A stretch of DNA of 62,968 bases, filler included, from Octopus bimaculoides (Eukaryota), in the NCBI RefSeq assembly GCF_001194135.2. It is 5 parts of 5 records of this genome, joined end to end, with 100 filler letters (N's around TTAATTAATTAA, not from the genome) between each part and the next. Parts side by side here need not be neighbours in the genome. Positions count along the whole stretch, not along the records: positions 33,894 to 41,952 come from NC_068992.1; positions 42,053 to 52,239 come from NC_068987.1; 3 more parts are not named here. One strand, written 5' to 3'. Each line of letters starts with the position of its first letter. Within the stretch, counting starts at the first letter, position 1. The notes below the pieces were generated by a model. The model did no database searches. It had not been told where the DNA came from and saw nothing but the letters and a program-made list of their open reading frames with translations. Positions 39,256-51,089 of this stretch are shown here, one piece after another. The position numbers and the translations under genes are program-made.

Positions 39256-40964
39256 TGATAATAATAATAATGATAATAATGATGGTGATAATGATAACGA
39301 TAATAATAATAATTATTATTATTATTATCATTTTTATTATTAGAAGGCTTTTATCATCATGAATATAATTGTTTCTTTACAGCTTAAAAGTTTTTCCTTA
39401 TTAATGCTAATAATAATTTAAAGTAACAGTTATTTAATTGCCAAGTATATTATATTTAAGAGAACAGAAAAGATATGTTGAATAGTGTCATATTTCGAAT
39501 TCAACTGCCTCTGGAGACTCAGATATATGTTGTAGCCAACAGCTTTGCCATTGTAACAAATGTTGGCAGATAAAGCTAGTTGTAAACTTTATTATTGCTG
39601 GCAGTTATCATGTAATGCATAGGGACTTGCTAATAATATTTGGCCAGATATTCACAGATTTATGAGCAATAGCTCTTCACTTATGGCATCATAAAAGATA
39701 TTAATATAAACTCCTTGATGCCACAGACATTATTAATGGGCATTAATGTTTGACTTGAAGCCTTAAGTATGGCTGCTATGGAAATATAAAATTCTAAAGA
39801 GAATTTAAAGCCACGTAAAGAATCAAGTATTGCATTTCCTTTTGCCAGCATCGACATAAGGAAAGCTTTAAGAAAATATTGACTTGCATTATGGAACATA
39901 TCTCCGATATGTCAGAGGGAATTATTTCCATTATCCTAACAATTTTGTAGGCATTTTCCCAACAGTTCTCTTTAATGCAGTTAAAGCTAACAGTCATTGA
40001 AGAGAGGAATAGAAAAGTTGGTTGTAGTAGCGCAGCGAGTTCAGATTTTAAAACATTTTTTTATGAAACTAGTTTGTTCTCTCTATTTATAAATATAGTA
40101 AACTGACATCATCAAAATATCTGGATAATTTAAATGATATGGAAACAGGGAAATGTACTTAAGAATCAATGCTTCATGTTTTGATAGTACGATTAATGTA
40201 TGTAATAGTATAAAAGACACACGAACAATTGAAGAGCATCAACATTTCAGCAGCGTATATTCACGTAAGAAAGGTTTTGTTACATTAGAGCTTATGGAGG
40301 CAGGGTTAATTTTTAAGAGATCTGTTTTGGAAGAAATAGTGCCTCTTATATGCCATCAAAAACGGTATGTCTTTCAATGGCTAAATACACTAGGTGGAAG
40401 AAACGATTATAATAATATTCAACGGGCTTAGACGAATTCAAGCATCAAACATATACCACCACCACCACCATTTCTTAAGAGAAGCCAAACATTTTTCATC
40501 TCATTTTCGTTAGTTACCAATTCCGACATACATATATACATACATACATACATACATAATGAATACATGCATAAGAACATACATATACACACATGCATGA
40601 AAACATACATACATACACGCATATATATCTATCTATCAATATATATGCATGTCTATATAACCACCTCCTGTATATAGTATATGTGTGTATGCTTTTGTTT
40701 TTGTTTGCCCTTCACCAACGTTTCACAAAAGGCGTTGTGTTTACGAACCCATATCGTAGTAGTTCGGCAAAAGAGACCGATAAAATAAGTAAGAAGCTTC
40801 AAACAAATTACTGAGCGGTGGGATCGATTCATTCGACTAAAAATTATGTAAAGCCTTGCTCCAGCATGGCCGCGATCTAATGTGTGAAAAAAGTAAAAGA
40901 ATACACACACACACATATGCGCACAAACACAAACACACACACACTTACTCACATCTCTGTGTCC

Positions 40965-41015
<51 letters not shown>

Positions 41016-41786
41016 TGTGTGTGTGTCTGTGTGTGTTTGTGTGTGTATGAGTTTAATATATGTCTCCGTACAGGCAGTAAGGCTTGAGACATATTTACAT
41101 GGTGCACAAAATACATGAAATAAAATAAAGAAGAAACTATGTAAAGTCTTATCTTGAGAACTGTTTCCAGACGGAATTGCAACAGTTGTGGAGATAATAC
41201 TTTATATATATATATTTTCCTTTTATTTTATAATATGTAGTTTGTGCTCTTTGCAAATATGTATCTTAAGCCTGACTCTGTATAGCTATGTTACGTCCTC
41301 AATAATACCTCAATAAAGGATTGCTCTTATAGCAAAGCTTCCATGTCGAGGCGCTAGCACTGGAGAAAGAGGTTGGAGCTTAAGTTCACACCATTCTGCT
41401 TTCTCCCACACCTCACTCTTTCTCTCAGTCCCTGTCTTTTTCTGTCTGTCTGTCTCTCTCCCGCTATATATATTTATATAGCAAAGTAAAATTGTAAGGT
41501 ACTGCACGAGTGAAAATATATATGAAAGAATGTTTGAAAATGCAATGGACTTTTAGAGATGTTTATTGACATGACCGGTTTCACTTTTTTAGAAAAAGAA
41601 TGTCAAAAGTAAAATGTATAGCATTGTATAAGCTTTGTTGTGTTAAGTACTGGTTGTCACAAGACTAGTAAAATGCAGTTACACATTCTTTGATAATGAT
41701 AAGAAAATGTTAAAAACAGTTTACAAGAAAGTATCCAAGAAAGTATTCCAGAACGGGACTACAATAAGTAGTTTGAGTTGGATAAA

Positions 41787-41952
41787 AATCATGTTTGTGT
41801 GGTAGTATATATATACAGAAGTAGATATATTTAAGAATTTACAAAACCTTGGAGAGGAATAACTGACCCGTCTGTCTAATCATGTTTGTTTGGTAGTATA
41901 TATATACAGAAGTAGATATATTTAAGAATTTACAAAACCTTGGAGAGGAATA
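41787..41952 (+). repeat. About 91-bp tandem duplication at the fragment end
   Basis: aatcatgtttg..ccttggagaggaata occurs twice. Confidence 0.85.
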
Positions 41953-42052
41953 NNNNNNNNNNNNNNNNNNNNNNNNNNNNNNNNNNNNNNNNNNNNTTAA
42001 TTAATTAANNNNNNNNNNNNNNNNNNNNNNNNNNNNNNNNNNNNNNNNNNNN
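41953..42052. other. Artificial scaffold-joining spacer
   Basis: 44N + TTAATTAATTAA + 44N. Confidence 0.95.
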
Positions 42053-42289
42053 ACGCATGTGTGTATGTGAGTATGTATGCGTATATATGTAGATGTGTGT
42101 GTGTGTGTATCTGTGCGCGTGTATGTGGGTGCATGTGTATCTGTATGTGTGTATATGTATATGCATGCATATGTGAGTGTATATATGTGTTTGTGTGTAT
42201 ATGTGTTTGAGTGTATGGTTATACATAAAAAATACATATAAATATATATTGGTGTGTATATCTAAGTATAGGTATGTGTGTGGGGGGGT

Positions 42290-42540
42290 ACGTGTGGGCA
42301 TGTGGGTGGTGGTGCGTGGGCGTGGGCGGGTATAATTAATGAATTAATTAATACACTATCGTTATAGGAAGATCCGATAGGAAATCTTGATGTACAGGGG
42401 GGATGAATTTTTGGCAAGGGATTTTTACGCTGTAAACCGGGCGGTGTACGTCGCTGGATTTCGGTTGACTGGTTTGTTTACATTCTGTAAGAAAATAACG
42501 ATGGTAGGTTGCGTGCCGTCGATTATTCTTTCACCCTCTT
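42290..42540 (+). promoter_or_regulatory. Possible CpG/GC-box-rich promoter or 5' UTR exon (VSP?)
   Basis: gggcgtgggcggg GC boxes, local CpG enrichment, candidate donors ct|gtaaga and atg|gtaggt; speculative. Confidence 0.2.
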
Positions 42541-43822
42541 GGATGATGTGTGTGTTTTGCTAATAATAGTATTGGTGATGGCAATAATGCGACCCTGATG
42601 AGATGGAGTATCCAGAAATTTGTAATATGTTGTAATTTGTTACAATATTTTACGAGACATCTGATGATGTGGTTTATTTTTCCGGGATACCCTATTGAAA
42701 TGTGCATAGGTTTGGCTTATTGTGGTTGTTTCTGTTGTTATAATTGTTGCTGCAATAAAGTATCTTCAATGCATTGATTTTGAGCTCTATCCTTTAAGAN
42801 NNNNNNNNNNNNNNNNNNNNNNNNNNNNNNNNNNNNNNNNNNNNNNNNNNNNNNNNNNNNNNNNNNNNNNNNNNNNNNNNNNNNNNNNNNNNNNNNNNNN
42901 NNNNNNNNNNNNNNNNNNNNNNNNNNNNNNNNNNNNATATATATATATATATATATATATATATACGCCCAAAACATTCAATCATTGCTGGCTGCGGAAG
43001 GATACACATGACACAGTGGTGAAGCGCGAGTTTTGAAAGGCAATAATCAGTTCCTGAGAAGACATTGAGATGTAAACACATCAGTTGTTTGTCCAGATGA
43101 CAAAACATTGTTGAATTAACACCGATCAGAAAGCAACATTCATACAACTATGGGATTTCTACCTCGCCTCACAACCACTACAAAACTCATTGGATATTTT
43201 AGATTTGCACTTTTACATTAATTTTGCAAGCAAGCTGTTCCATTGATTGAATCAACTGGAACCTTTGTTACTGTAACCGATAGAGTACCAGTTTTTTTTT
43301 TTTTTTAATGTTTTTGTTTTCTGAATTTGTGCTGCTGTTACTCATACAAATAATGGCCACCTATATGACTAGTAAAGAACAACTCACTCAAACTACATCC
43401 GAATAAAAAGGAAAAGGAGTTCGAGGTGGAGTAATAGGGTGGGGTGAGGGCAACAGCTATAACCAGTGTAGTCCTTTATACACTGGTGAGATTGATGTAA
43501 CCTATATCCAGCCTGAATGAAAACCTGCTGGTCAATATCCAATGTGGATTTTTGACTTTTCTCTTCCCTGGCTCAGTAGTAAAGTATGTACTAATTAAGT
43601 ACATTATTATTGGCTATGCTCTCAATTCAGATCCTGCCCACATTCACCTTGCTTTTAGTCTTTCTTGGATCAATAAGATATACCACCTGTCGCATACAGG
43701 TAAATACTGGATCAGTATGATCAACTATATTGCCTAGGTACTAGCATGGCTCAGACTGACTGATATTTTGCAAGTAGGCTTGCTAAATAGAAAATATGTA
43801 AACTCTGTGTGGGTGTATGCGT

Positions 43823-44000
43823 CATCATCATCGTTTAACGTCTGCTTTCCATGCTGGCATGGGTTGAACGGTTTGACTTAGGGCTGGCAAGCCAGAAGCC
43901 TGCACCAGGCTCCACTCTGATCTGGCAATGTTTCTACATCTGGATGCCCTTCCTAACACCAACCACTCCAAGAGTGTAGTGGGTGCTTTTTACGTGCCAC
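43823..44000 (-). mobile_element. Repeat family C (RTE-tail-like, ending in (ATG)n)
   Basis: catcatcatcgtttaacgtc.gctttccatgct..ggatgccct tcctaac.ccaaccactc; further copies at 44825-45165, 47160-47215, 48500-48670, 58240-58480 and 59320-59530. Confidence 0.7.
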
Positions 44001-44824
44001 AGGAATTGAAACCACAATCTTACGGTTGTTAGTGCAACACCCTAACCACTAGGCCATGTACCTTTACTCATGAAGCCTAAGTTATTGTATGGTTGCTGGC
44101 TTGTCCCCAAAAAATTGACCAACTGATGCTTCTTTTTTGAATACTAAATTATTTTGTCAGGCTGCAGAAACAGAACAGAAAAGAATGCTAATTTAGCATG
44201 TTCTCCCCTCCTCTTTTATGTTTCCTTCACTCTTCTTGCTCACAACATAATGATTGAATTTCTCTGTCCTTCAAGAAACAATGAAAATATATTTAAGTTG
44301 AAATTCTAACCTGTTATTGGAATCACCATTGTAAAGACCTCACAGAAAGGCAACAGCTATTTAAAATCGCTGTTGGTATATAGTTGGCATGTACGAGATT
44401 ATTAAATATGTTCTTTTTCTCCTGCCCTCTCTTTCACACATATACACACACAGAGTCTCTATTCACCATTTCAACAATTATCTCTTTCCCTCGTCTTCCC
44501 TCCTCTCTCTCTCTCTCTCTCAAACAACAGGTGATATGGTTGGGTAAGGGCTTGAATGAAGAATGTCTTTTTTTTCTCTTTTTCCAAAAGCAGTTGTTTT
44601 GTTGAGACAGCTGACAGCTCTCACTTGCAATATTTTCTTCATATTATTCCAGTTGCAAGAAAAGAAAAGAAAAAAGAAGAAATAACTGGTTAAGAAGATT
44701 ACTTCCCAACTACATGGTCTTGGGTTCAAACCCACTGCATGGCACTTTGGGCAAATGTCTTCCACTATAGCCCCAGGCATTGTGAATGGATTTGGTAGAT
44801 GGAAACATACACACATACATATAC

Positions 44825-45165
44825 ATCATCATCATCATCGTTTAACGTCCGCTTTCCATGCTAGCATGGGTTGGACGATTTGACTGAGGACTGGTGAAAC
44901 CGGATGGCAACACCAGACTCCAATCTGATTTGGCAGAGTTTCTACAGCTGGATGCCCTTCCTAACGCCAACCACTCTGAGAGTGTAGTGGGTGCTTTTAC
45001 ATGCCACCTGCACAAAGGCCAGTCAGGTGGTACTGGCAACGGCCACGCTCAAAATGGTGTATTTTACGTGCCAGCTGCACAAGAGCCAGTCCAGGGGCAC
45101 TGGCAACGATCTTGCTCGAAAATCCTACGAAGGCCAGTCAGGCAGTACTGGCAACGGCCACGGCA
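44825..45165 (-). mobile_element. Repeat family C copy with internal short repeats (ctggcaacggccacg)
   Basis: Aligns to 43823-44000. Confidence 0.75.
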
Positions 45166-45187
45166 AACATATATATTTGTGTCTGTG

Positions 45188-45218
<31 letters not shown>

Positions 45219-45241
45219 ATTTATATGTATGTATGTGTGAG

Positions 45242-45272
<31 letters not shown>

Positions 45273-45537
45273 ATATATATATATATATATGCTTATGTGT
45301 GTGTGTGTCTTTGTGTTGTTTGTCCCACACCACTGCTTGACAAGTGGTGTTGGTTGGCTTACATCCGTAGAAATTGATAGAATAAGTACCAAACTTTAAA
45401 AAAGTTATGTACTTGGGTTGATTTGTTCACGTAAACCCTTAAAAGCAGAGCCCCAGAATGGCCACAGTCCAATGACTGAACCAGATAAAAGATAATGAGA
45501 GGGAAGCTGAATTGGCACAAAAAAGTCCAAATACACA

Positions 45538-45760
45538 GTGCAGGAGTGGCTGTGTGGTAAGTAGTTGGCAGAATCGTTAGCACGCCGGGCGAAATGCTTA
45601 GCGGTATTTCGTCTGCCGCTACGTTCTGAGTTCAAATTCCGCCGAGGTCGACTTTGCCTTTCATCCTTTCGGGGTCGATTAAATAAGTACCAGTTACGCA
45701 CTGGAGTCGATATAATTGACTTAATCCATTTGTCTGTCCTTGTTTGTCCCCAAACCCCAG
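45538..45760 (+). mobile_element. Chimeric SINE (B head, A body, B internal segment)
   Basis: caggagtggctgtgtggtaagtagtt joined to ggcagaatcgttagcacgccggg..tttgtcccc, then ccagcatcgcttga. Confidence 0.7.
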
Positions 45761-46615
45761 CATCGCTTGACCAGGTATTTCGCTCCGTTGTCATCTCATC
45801 CAAAAGNNNNNNNNNNNNNNNNNNNNNNNNNNNNNNNNNNNNNNNNNNNNNNNNNNNNNNNNNNNNNNNNNNNNNNNNNNNNNNNNNNNNNNNNNNNNNN
45901 NNNNNNNNNNNNNNNNNNNNNNNNNNNNNNNNNNNNNNNNNNNNNNNNNNNNNNNNNNNNNNNNNNNNNNNNNNNNATATATGTATGTTTGAGTGTTTGT
46001 TTGTCTTCCCCAGCATCGCTTGACCAGGTATTTCGCTCCGTTGTCATCTCATCCAAAAGGTTCAGCATCACACATACAAATACATACATACACGCATAGG
46101 CTTCCACACAGTTTTTACTTACCTAATTCGCTCACAAAGCATTGGTCAGCCCAGTACTATAGTAGAAGACACTTGCCCAACAAGATACCATGCAGTGAGA
46201 ATGTACCCAAAGCCATGTAGATCCATAGTTAGCTTCTTAATCACAATTTTGCCTGTGCCTTTATAAAATATATAAAGAAAAATCAACACATTGGCTCCTC
46301 CCAGCACCATTTTACCTCCTCCCACCACTATTTTACTTCCTCCCACCATTCTCATTACCTTTATGTTTGTCTGTTGTTAACCCCTGTCAAATGTAGCATT
46401 TATATATTCAAGTTATTTTGAATTACACATGCATTGTCCCATAGCTTTGAGACTTCAGTGATGCGATTATTTAGTTTTCACATGATATTGTAGTATAGGT
46501 GTGAGAGGCTGGATCTGGCCAGTTTGAATATAAAACAGGAAGAATATTTGGGCCGGATTTTAGCCAGTTCAAATGCTAATAGGCTAATCAATGAAATTGT
46601 TTCCTTTTGTTTCAG

Positions 46616-46897
46616 TGCACCAGATTTGACTGTTGAAACTGGGAGAATGTTTAAGTATGGCCAATTTGAAAACGAAGACGTTTCAGTCAGTGTGTCAAGT
46701 GAAGATCAAACAGCAACATTGTCCATTGATATTCAAGACACACAGATCTCCACTTCCTCTCGGCTTCAGGTCGGATTCAAAAATGGTAAAGATGAACTGA
46801 ATATTAAATCGACTTCGCAACCTTTGAGTACCTCACCAACAAAGTTCATGCCTGATCCTGCTGGGTATAAAGCAAGCACTCCAAAAACAACTTTAGA
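46616..46897 (+). CDS. Voltage-sensing phosphatase (VSP/TPTE family), N-terminal cytoplasmic exon
   Basis: ttttgtttcag acceptor and gtaagt donor; 282 nt, phase 2/2; splices in frame to the S1-S2 exon (..TPKTTLE-AMQLRV). Identity rests on that linkage. Confidence 0.75.
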
Positions 46898-47209
46898 GTA
46901 AGTACACCAGTACATTGATCTCTCTCTCTCTCTCTCACCCTTTCTCTTTCTGTCTCTTTTTTTTCTATCTTTGATCACGTTTTATGCATACATATTCATA
47001 AATGAAACTTCGGAACTTTCAGTGCTGGCTCTGAATTCTATAGGAAATCTACAGAGATAAACTTAAAAATTACTCTATAAAGTGATTAGCATTAAGAAGA
47101 ACATTAAGAAACCATACCAGAGCAGGCTTTGAAGCTTGTGGCAGTCCTATGGCTCACTACCAGTTCCCATTGAACCATTCAGCCCATGCCAGCATGGGAA
47201 ATGGACATT

Positions 47210-47408
47210 AAATAGTGATGATGATGATGATGAAGTAGTAGTGGTGGTAGTGGTGGTGGTGGTAGTAGTAGTGGTGGTGGTGGCAGTAGTAGTAGTAGTA
47301 GTGGTAGTAGTAGTGGTGGTAGTAGTAGTAGTGGTGGTAGTAGTAGTGGTGGTAGTAGTAGTGGTAGTAGTGGTAGTGGTGGTAGTAGTGGTAGTAGTAG
47401 TAGTAGTG

Positions 47409-47443
<35 letters not shown>

Positions 47444-47580
47444 GGTGGTAGTAGTAGTAGTGGTGGTAGTAGTGGTGGTAGTAGTAGCAGCAGTAGTAGC
47501 AGCAGTAGTAGTAGCAGTAGTAGTAGTAGCAGTAGTAGCAGTAGAAGTAGTAGCAGAAGAACAAGAAGAAGACGACGACG
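47210..47580. repeat. (GAT)n(GTA/GTG)n(GCA)n trinucleotide repeat
   Basis: Visible; source of the poly-V and poly-T ORFs. Confidence 0.95.
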
Positions 47581-47929
47581 ACATATATTATATTCCTTGT
47601 CTGGATATCACGTACTGATTGCAAAACAGAACATTACCCTCAGACAAGCAGTGTTGTTCATTCGTAATTTTTCATTAAAACATGTCGGGCCATTGTGCTG
47701 TCCATGTCTGAAGGAGTAGAGAAGATATTAAATATTACATTAGTTGGGAACAGGTAAGCATGGGAAACTGACAGAGCATTCAGCTATGGAAAATCTTTCT
47801 GTCTTCTCTTTGTGTGTCTCTTTCACATAATCACACACATGTGACAAACTTGTGTAGTTGCTGTCTACCCAATTCTACTCACAACACACACTTGCCTTAC
47901 CCAACTATTTTGTTTCGTATAAAGGCCTA

Positions 47930-48170
47930 TGGTGGGGTGGTTAGAGTGTTGGTCTTAAAATTGTTAGGTCATAGGTTCAATTCTCAAACTAGATAGTGCA
48001 TTGTATCATTGTGTTTCATATTGCTCCAGTTCAATCAGCTAAAAACGAGTACCAGTGGTAACTAACGGTTAACCATACAATGAACTAGCATCCTGCACAG
48101 GGGAGAGTTATGCACTCTGAATCACTTAATGCTGCAGAAACTGGGTCAAAATCAAATCTAACAAATCTAT
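47930..48170 (+). mobile_element. SINE D copy
   Basis: ggtggggtggttagagtgtt..gttcaattc..ttgctccagttcaatcagctaaaaacgagta. Confidence 0.7.
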
Positions 48171-48769
48171 AGGTTTGGGACAGTCTTTAACCTACCCTTT
48201 TCTTATCATGTTTCTATTGTTGAAATACACTGATCTTGTGTCAGTTAATTTTGAAAATGAAGAAGAATTTAGTAAAATAACTTTGTTAGTGTTTGGAACA
48301 TAAATCAACATGAAATTTTGGTGGATGATTTTAATTCAGATCATTTTTAAACCTGAAGAATGTATCGTAGAGCCAGGAGCAACCTCAGGTGGGTTAGTAT
48401 CAGAAGAGTTAATTTTATTGCTTCCAGACACTTATTATAGATGCTGTCACTAAGGCATTGAGTTGGCAGAATCATTAGCACATTACTTTATGGCAAGCTG
48501 GAGAGCTGCACCAGGTTCCAGTCTGATTTGGCTTGGTTTCTATGGCTGGTTGCTCTTCCTAATGCCAACCACTTTACAGTGTGTGTTGGTGCTTTTAACA
48601 TTGCACCAGCATGAGTGTTTCTACATAGTGCCGACATGACTGCTTTTTACATGACACCAGCACAAGACTCTTACAGGCAAATCTTCTTCACCAAGGTGAG
48701 TGGGGGCAGCCTAAACACTTCTACTGTGGAGGCTGGGGGGGGGGGTCTTCTTGAGTACAGTAGGGTACC

Positions 48770-49200
48770 AGGTATTTCGGTCTTTTGTCATCTTTATGTT
48801 TTGGGATCAAATCCTGCCAGGGTTGATTTTGCCTTTCATCCTTTCAGGGTCGATAAAATAAGTACCAGTTGAGTACTGGGGTTGATGTAATTGACTAGCC
48901 CCTCCCCTCAAATTTCAGGCCTTGTGCCTATAGTAGAAAGGATTATTGATGTCACTGGTATGATTTGTATTTCTAAGGGTGGCATGCTGGCAGAAGTGTT
49001 AGAACACCGGACAAAATGTTTAGCTGCATTTCTTTTGGCTTTATGTTCCAAGTTCAAATTCCACCAAGTCGACATTGTCTTTAATTTTTTTGGAGTTGAA
49101 AAAAAAAAAAAATAAGCATCAATCAAGCACTGGGATTGATGTAATCAAATTATCTCCTTCCCCTAAAATTGCTGGCCTTGTGCCAAAATTCAAAACTATT
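48770..49200 (+). mobile_element. Two tandem SINE A copies
   Basis: Repeated tttgcctttcatcctttc..ggggttgatgtaatt..ggccttgtgcc. Confidence 0.75.
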
Positions 49201-49230
49201 ATTTGCATTTCTGTTCTTCTGTTTTAACAG

Positions 49231-49434
49231 AGCCATGCAGTTGAGGGTACAGCGAGTCGTCCAGCACATTGTATTTCGCATCTTCACACTGATATTGATC
49301 CTCACTGATTTTATACTTGTCATCGTTGACTTGTCCATATACGAATGTGATACAAATAATGGGCTGGAAATAACATCACATGTCATCATTACATATTTCA
49401 TGCTTGAAGTTGGTGCACGGATATTCTATAAAGG
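49231..49434 (+). CDS. TPTE: VSP/TPTE voltage-sensor S1-S2 exon
   Basis: MQLRVQRVVQHIVFRIFTLILILTDFILVIVDLSI..YFMLEVGARIFYKG resembles recalled Ci-VSP VQFRVRAVIDH..IFLDIILMIIDLSL..YFMLDLGLRIFAYG; ttttaacag acceptor, gtttgt donor. Confidence 0.88.
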
Positions 49435-49651
49435 GTTTGTATATGATGTTTTTTTTTTTACCTCATCAAATTTAGATAACTGTTTTGACTTTTACTTGTT
49501 TCAATCTTTGGACTGCAGCCATGGTGTGGCATCGCATTGCAGAACTTTTTTGTCAAATGAGTGGTTGTTTTTTTTTTTTTTCCACATCCACAAAACTTTA
49601 AGTGACACAAATGAGGAGCTAAGATAGCCTTTTAGTATATATATATATATA

Positions 49652-49853
49652 TATAGCTTTAGGGAAAAGAACCAAGGTTCATGAACTCATCGATGAAAAT
49701 CCACTGTCACATATATTATCATTACCTTATGATATTTACTTTGTATTATATTATACTTAATTATTGTGCTTTTACTTATTAATTTTTCTATATGTGACAG
49801 TGAATTTTCAGTGATGAGTTCATGAACCTTGGTTCTTTTTCCTAAAACTATAT
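49652..49853. repeat. Hairpin element with about 64-bp arms and an AT-rich spacer
   Basis: tatagctttagggaaaagaaccaaggttcatgaactcatc..gtcacatata and its reverse complement at 49789-49853. Confidence 0.85.
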
Positions 49854-50178
49854 ATTTATATTTTATACTGTGAAACTTAATTTAATTTTAATTTTTAATA
49901 AATTGAATTTAATTGAGTTTTTACCTGTAAATTTGGATTCTTATCCCTAATATTATTATATATATATATATAAGTATGAGAGGTATTGGTATCCAGAAGA
50001 CCCAAGGTGGCAGGTAACACTATGTAAGTGCTATAGAAGGACCATAGTTAGGCTCTAGGTTTGATAATGATACGAGTGAAGAACCTAATGCAGGTCTTGT
50101 ATGAGCATGTATATGTTAAATAAAATGAGATAACAAGGGCTGTGTGGAATTTTCAGGACATTTATAAAGAGAAAGATA

Positions 50179-50226
50179 GTCTTACAGCTGTTTCTGGGAT
50201 ATTAGGGATATCCCTTCATCAGAGAC
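50179..50226 (-). ncRNA. Minimal type I hammerhead ribozyme (intact GUA site)
   Basis: gtct-CTGATGA-a-gggatat(cccta)atatccc-a-GAAAC-AGCT-GTA-agac. Confidence 0.8.
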
Positions 50227-50278
50227 GATGTGAGAAGGTTAAATTCTAATATTTTCCTCTATTTAAGCTTCTCGCATC

Positions 50279-50326
50279 GTCTCTGATGAAGGAATATCCC
50301 TAATATCCCAGAAACAGCTGTGAGAC
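50279..50326 (+). ncRNA. Hammerhead motif with G at the cleavage position (likely inactive)
   Basis: gtct-CTGATGA-a-ggaatat..atatccc-a-GAAAC-AGCT-GTG-agac. Confidence 0.7.
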
Positions 50327-50469
50327 TATCTTTCTCTTTATAAATGTCCTGAAAATTCCACAAAGCCTTGACTTTGTTGTCTCGTTTTATTTAACACTCA
50401 CACATGTATAGATTCAAACAGTTTGATTCAAACAGTTTGATTCAAACTCCTTGGTACTGTAGTGACGCC

Positions 50470-50750
50470 TAATACCAGTCACCATTTTGAGAAAGTTCAT
50501 CCACGCATGCGCAGGAACATGTCTTCCAGAAGGTATGCAGGAAGTCCCTCATGTGCATGCATGGTCATCCTATATCAAAGCGTTCCCGCCTTTTCTTGAC
50601 CTCTTAGCGCTGCACCTTCAAAGACACAGGACCACTAAGAGCCGCTCCGTAACTCTACCTTTGAGTCTACGCAAACTACTTCGGAGGCTGAAGAATGACT
50701 CAATCAACCAGCATCGAAACCGTCTTCACACCACCATCATTGGGTAACCC
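50470..50750 (-). mobile_element. Possible Tx1 LINE 3' coding remnant
   Basis: EVV..RLKG..R.. similarity to the Tx1 C-terminus at 10990-11180; weak. Confidence 0.35.
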
Positions 50751-50945
50751 TATCCCGTACCTTACTATTATATCATATAAAATAGAAATGTTTCTGTCTC
50801 TGTCGCCGTTGAAATAGTTGTTTCTTGTAAAGTTCCACCCTTGTGGCAAATAATAAAAGACAGCATATTATCATCATCATCATCATAATAATTAAAGTTA
50901 TTGTCTTTCTCTCTTTCTTTCTATTTTTGCACTTTCTCCATGAAG

Positions 50946-51089
50946 GCGAAGATTTTTCTATAACTGGATAGATATTGTGGACATGGTGGTGGTCGTCGCA
51001 TCCTTCTTCACTGATATGATATTTGCCGGTATTTATGGAATAGACTCCTGTGGAAAAATTATAAAGAAAGACCGTCACAGTTACGTCAA
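50946..51089 (+). CDS. TPTE: VSP/TPTE S3 exon
   Basis: Long pyrimidine tract ending catgaag; in frame with the previous exon: YKG-RRFFYNWIDIVDMVVVVASFFTDMIFAGIYG... The 3' end is uncertain (aa|gtatgt at 51090 preferred; g|gtattt at 51029 alternative). Confidence 0.8.

Larger units (their letters stand above)
50114..50396. mobile_element. Hammerhead-bearing Penelope-type palindrome (about 125-bp arms, about 30-nt spacer) inside the VSP intron
   Basis: 50114-50237 is the near reverse complement of 50268-50396; same family as 18300-18420. Confidence 0.88.

Noticed and set aside
39600-39640. YHVMHRDL resembling a kinase catalytic loop
   Set aside because: No KPxN, DFG or other kinase motifs in frame; stops nearby
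44530-44550. Candidate VSP start exon (atggttgg|gtaagg, phase 2)
   Set aside because: Phase-compatible but too short to distinguish from chance without RNA data
45750-46060. About 55-bp direct repeat on both sides of an N gap
   Set aside because: Probably an unresolved contig overlap or collapsed repeat
49800-49830. TGATGA-gttc-at-gaac as a hammerhead
   Set aside because: No GAAA after the stem, and the CUGA core is not intact in either arm
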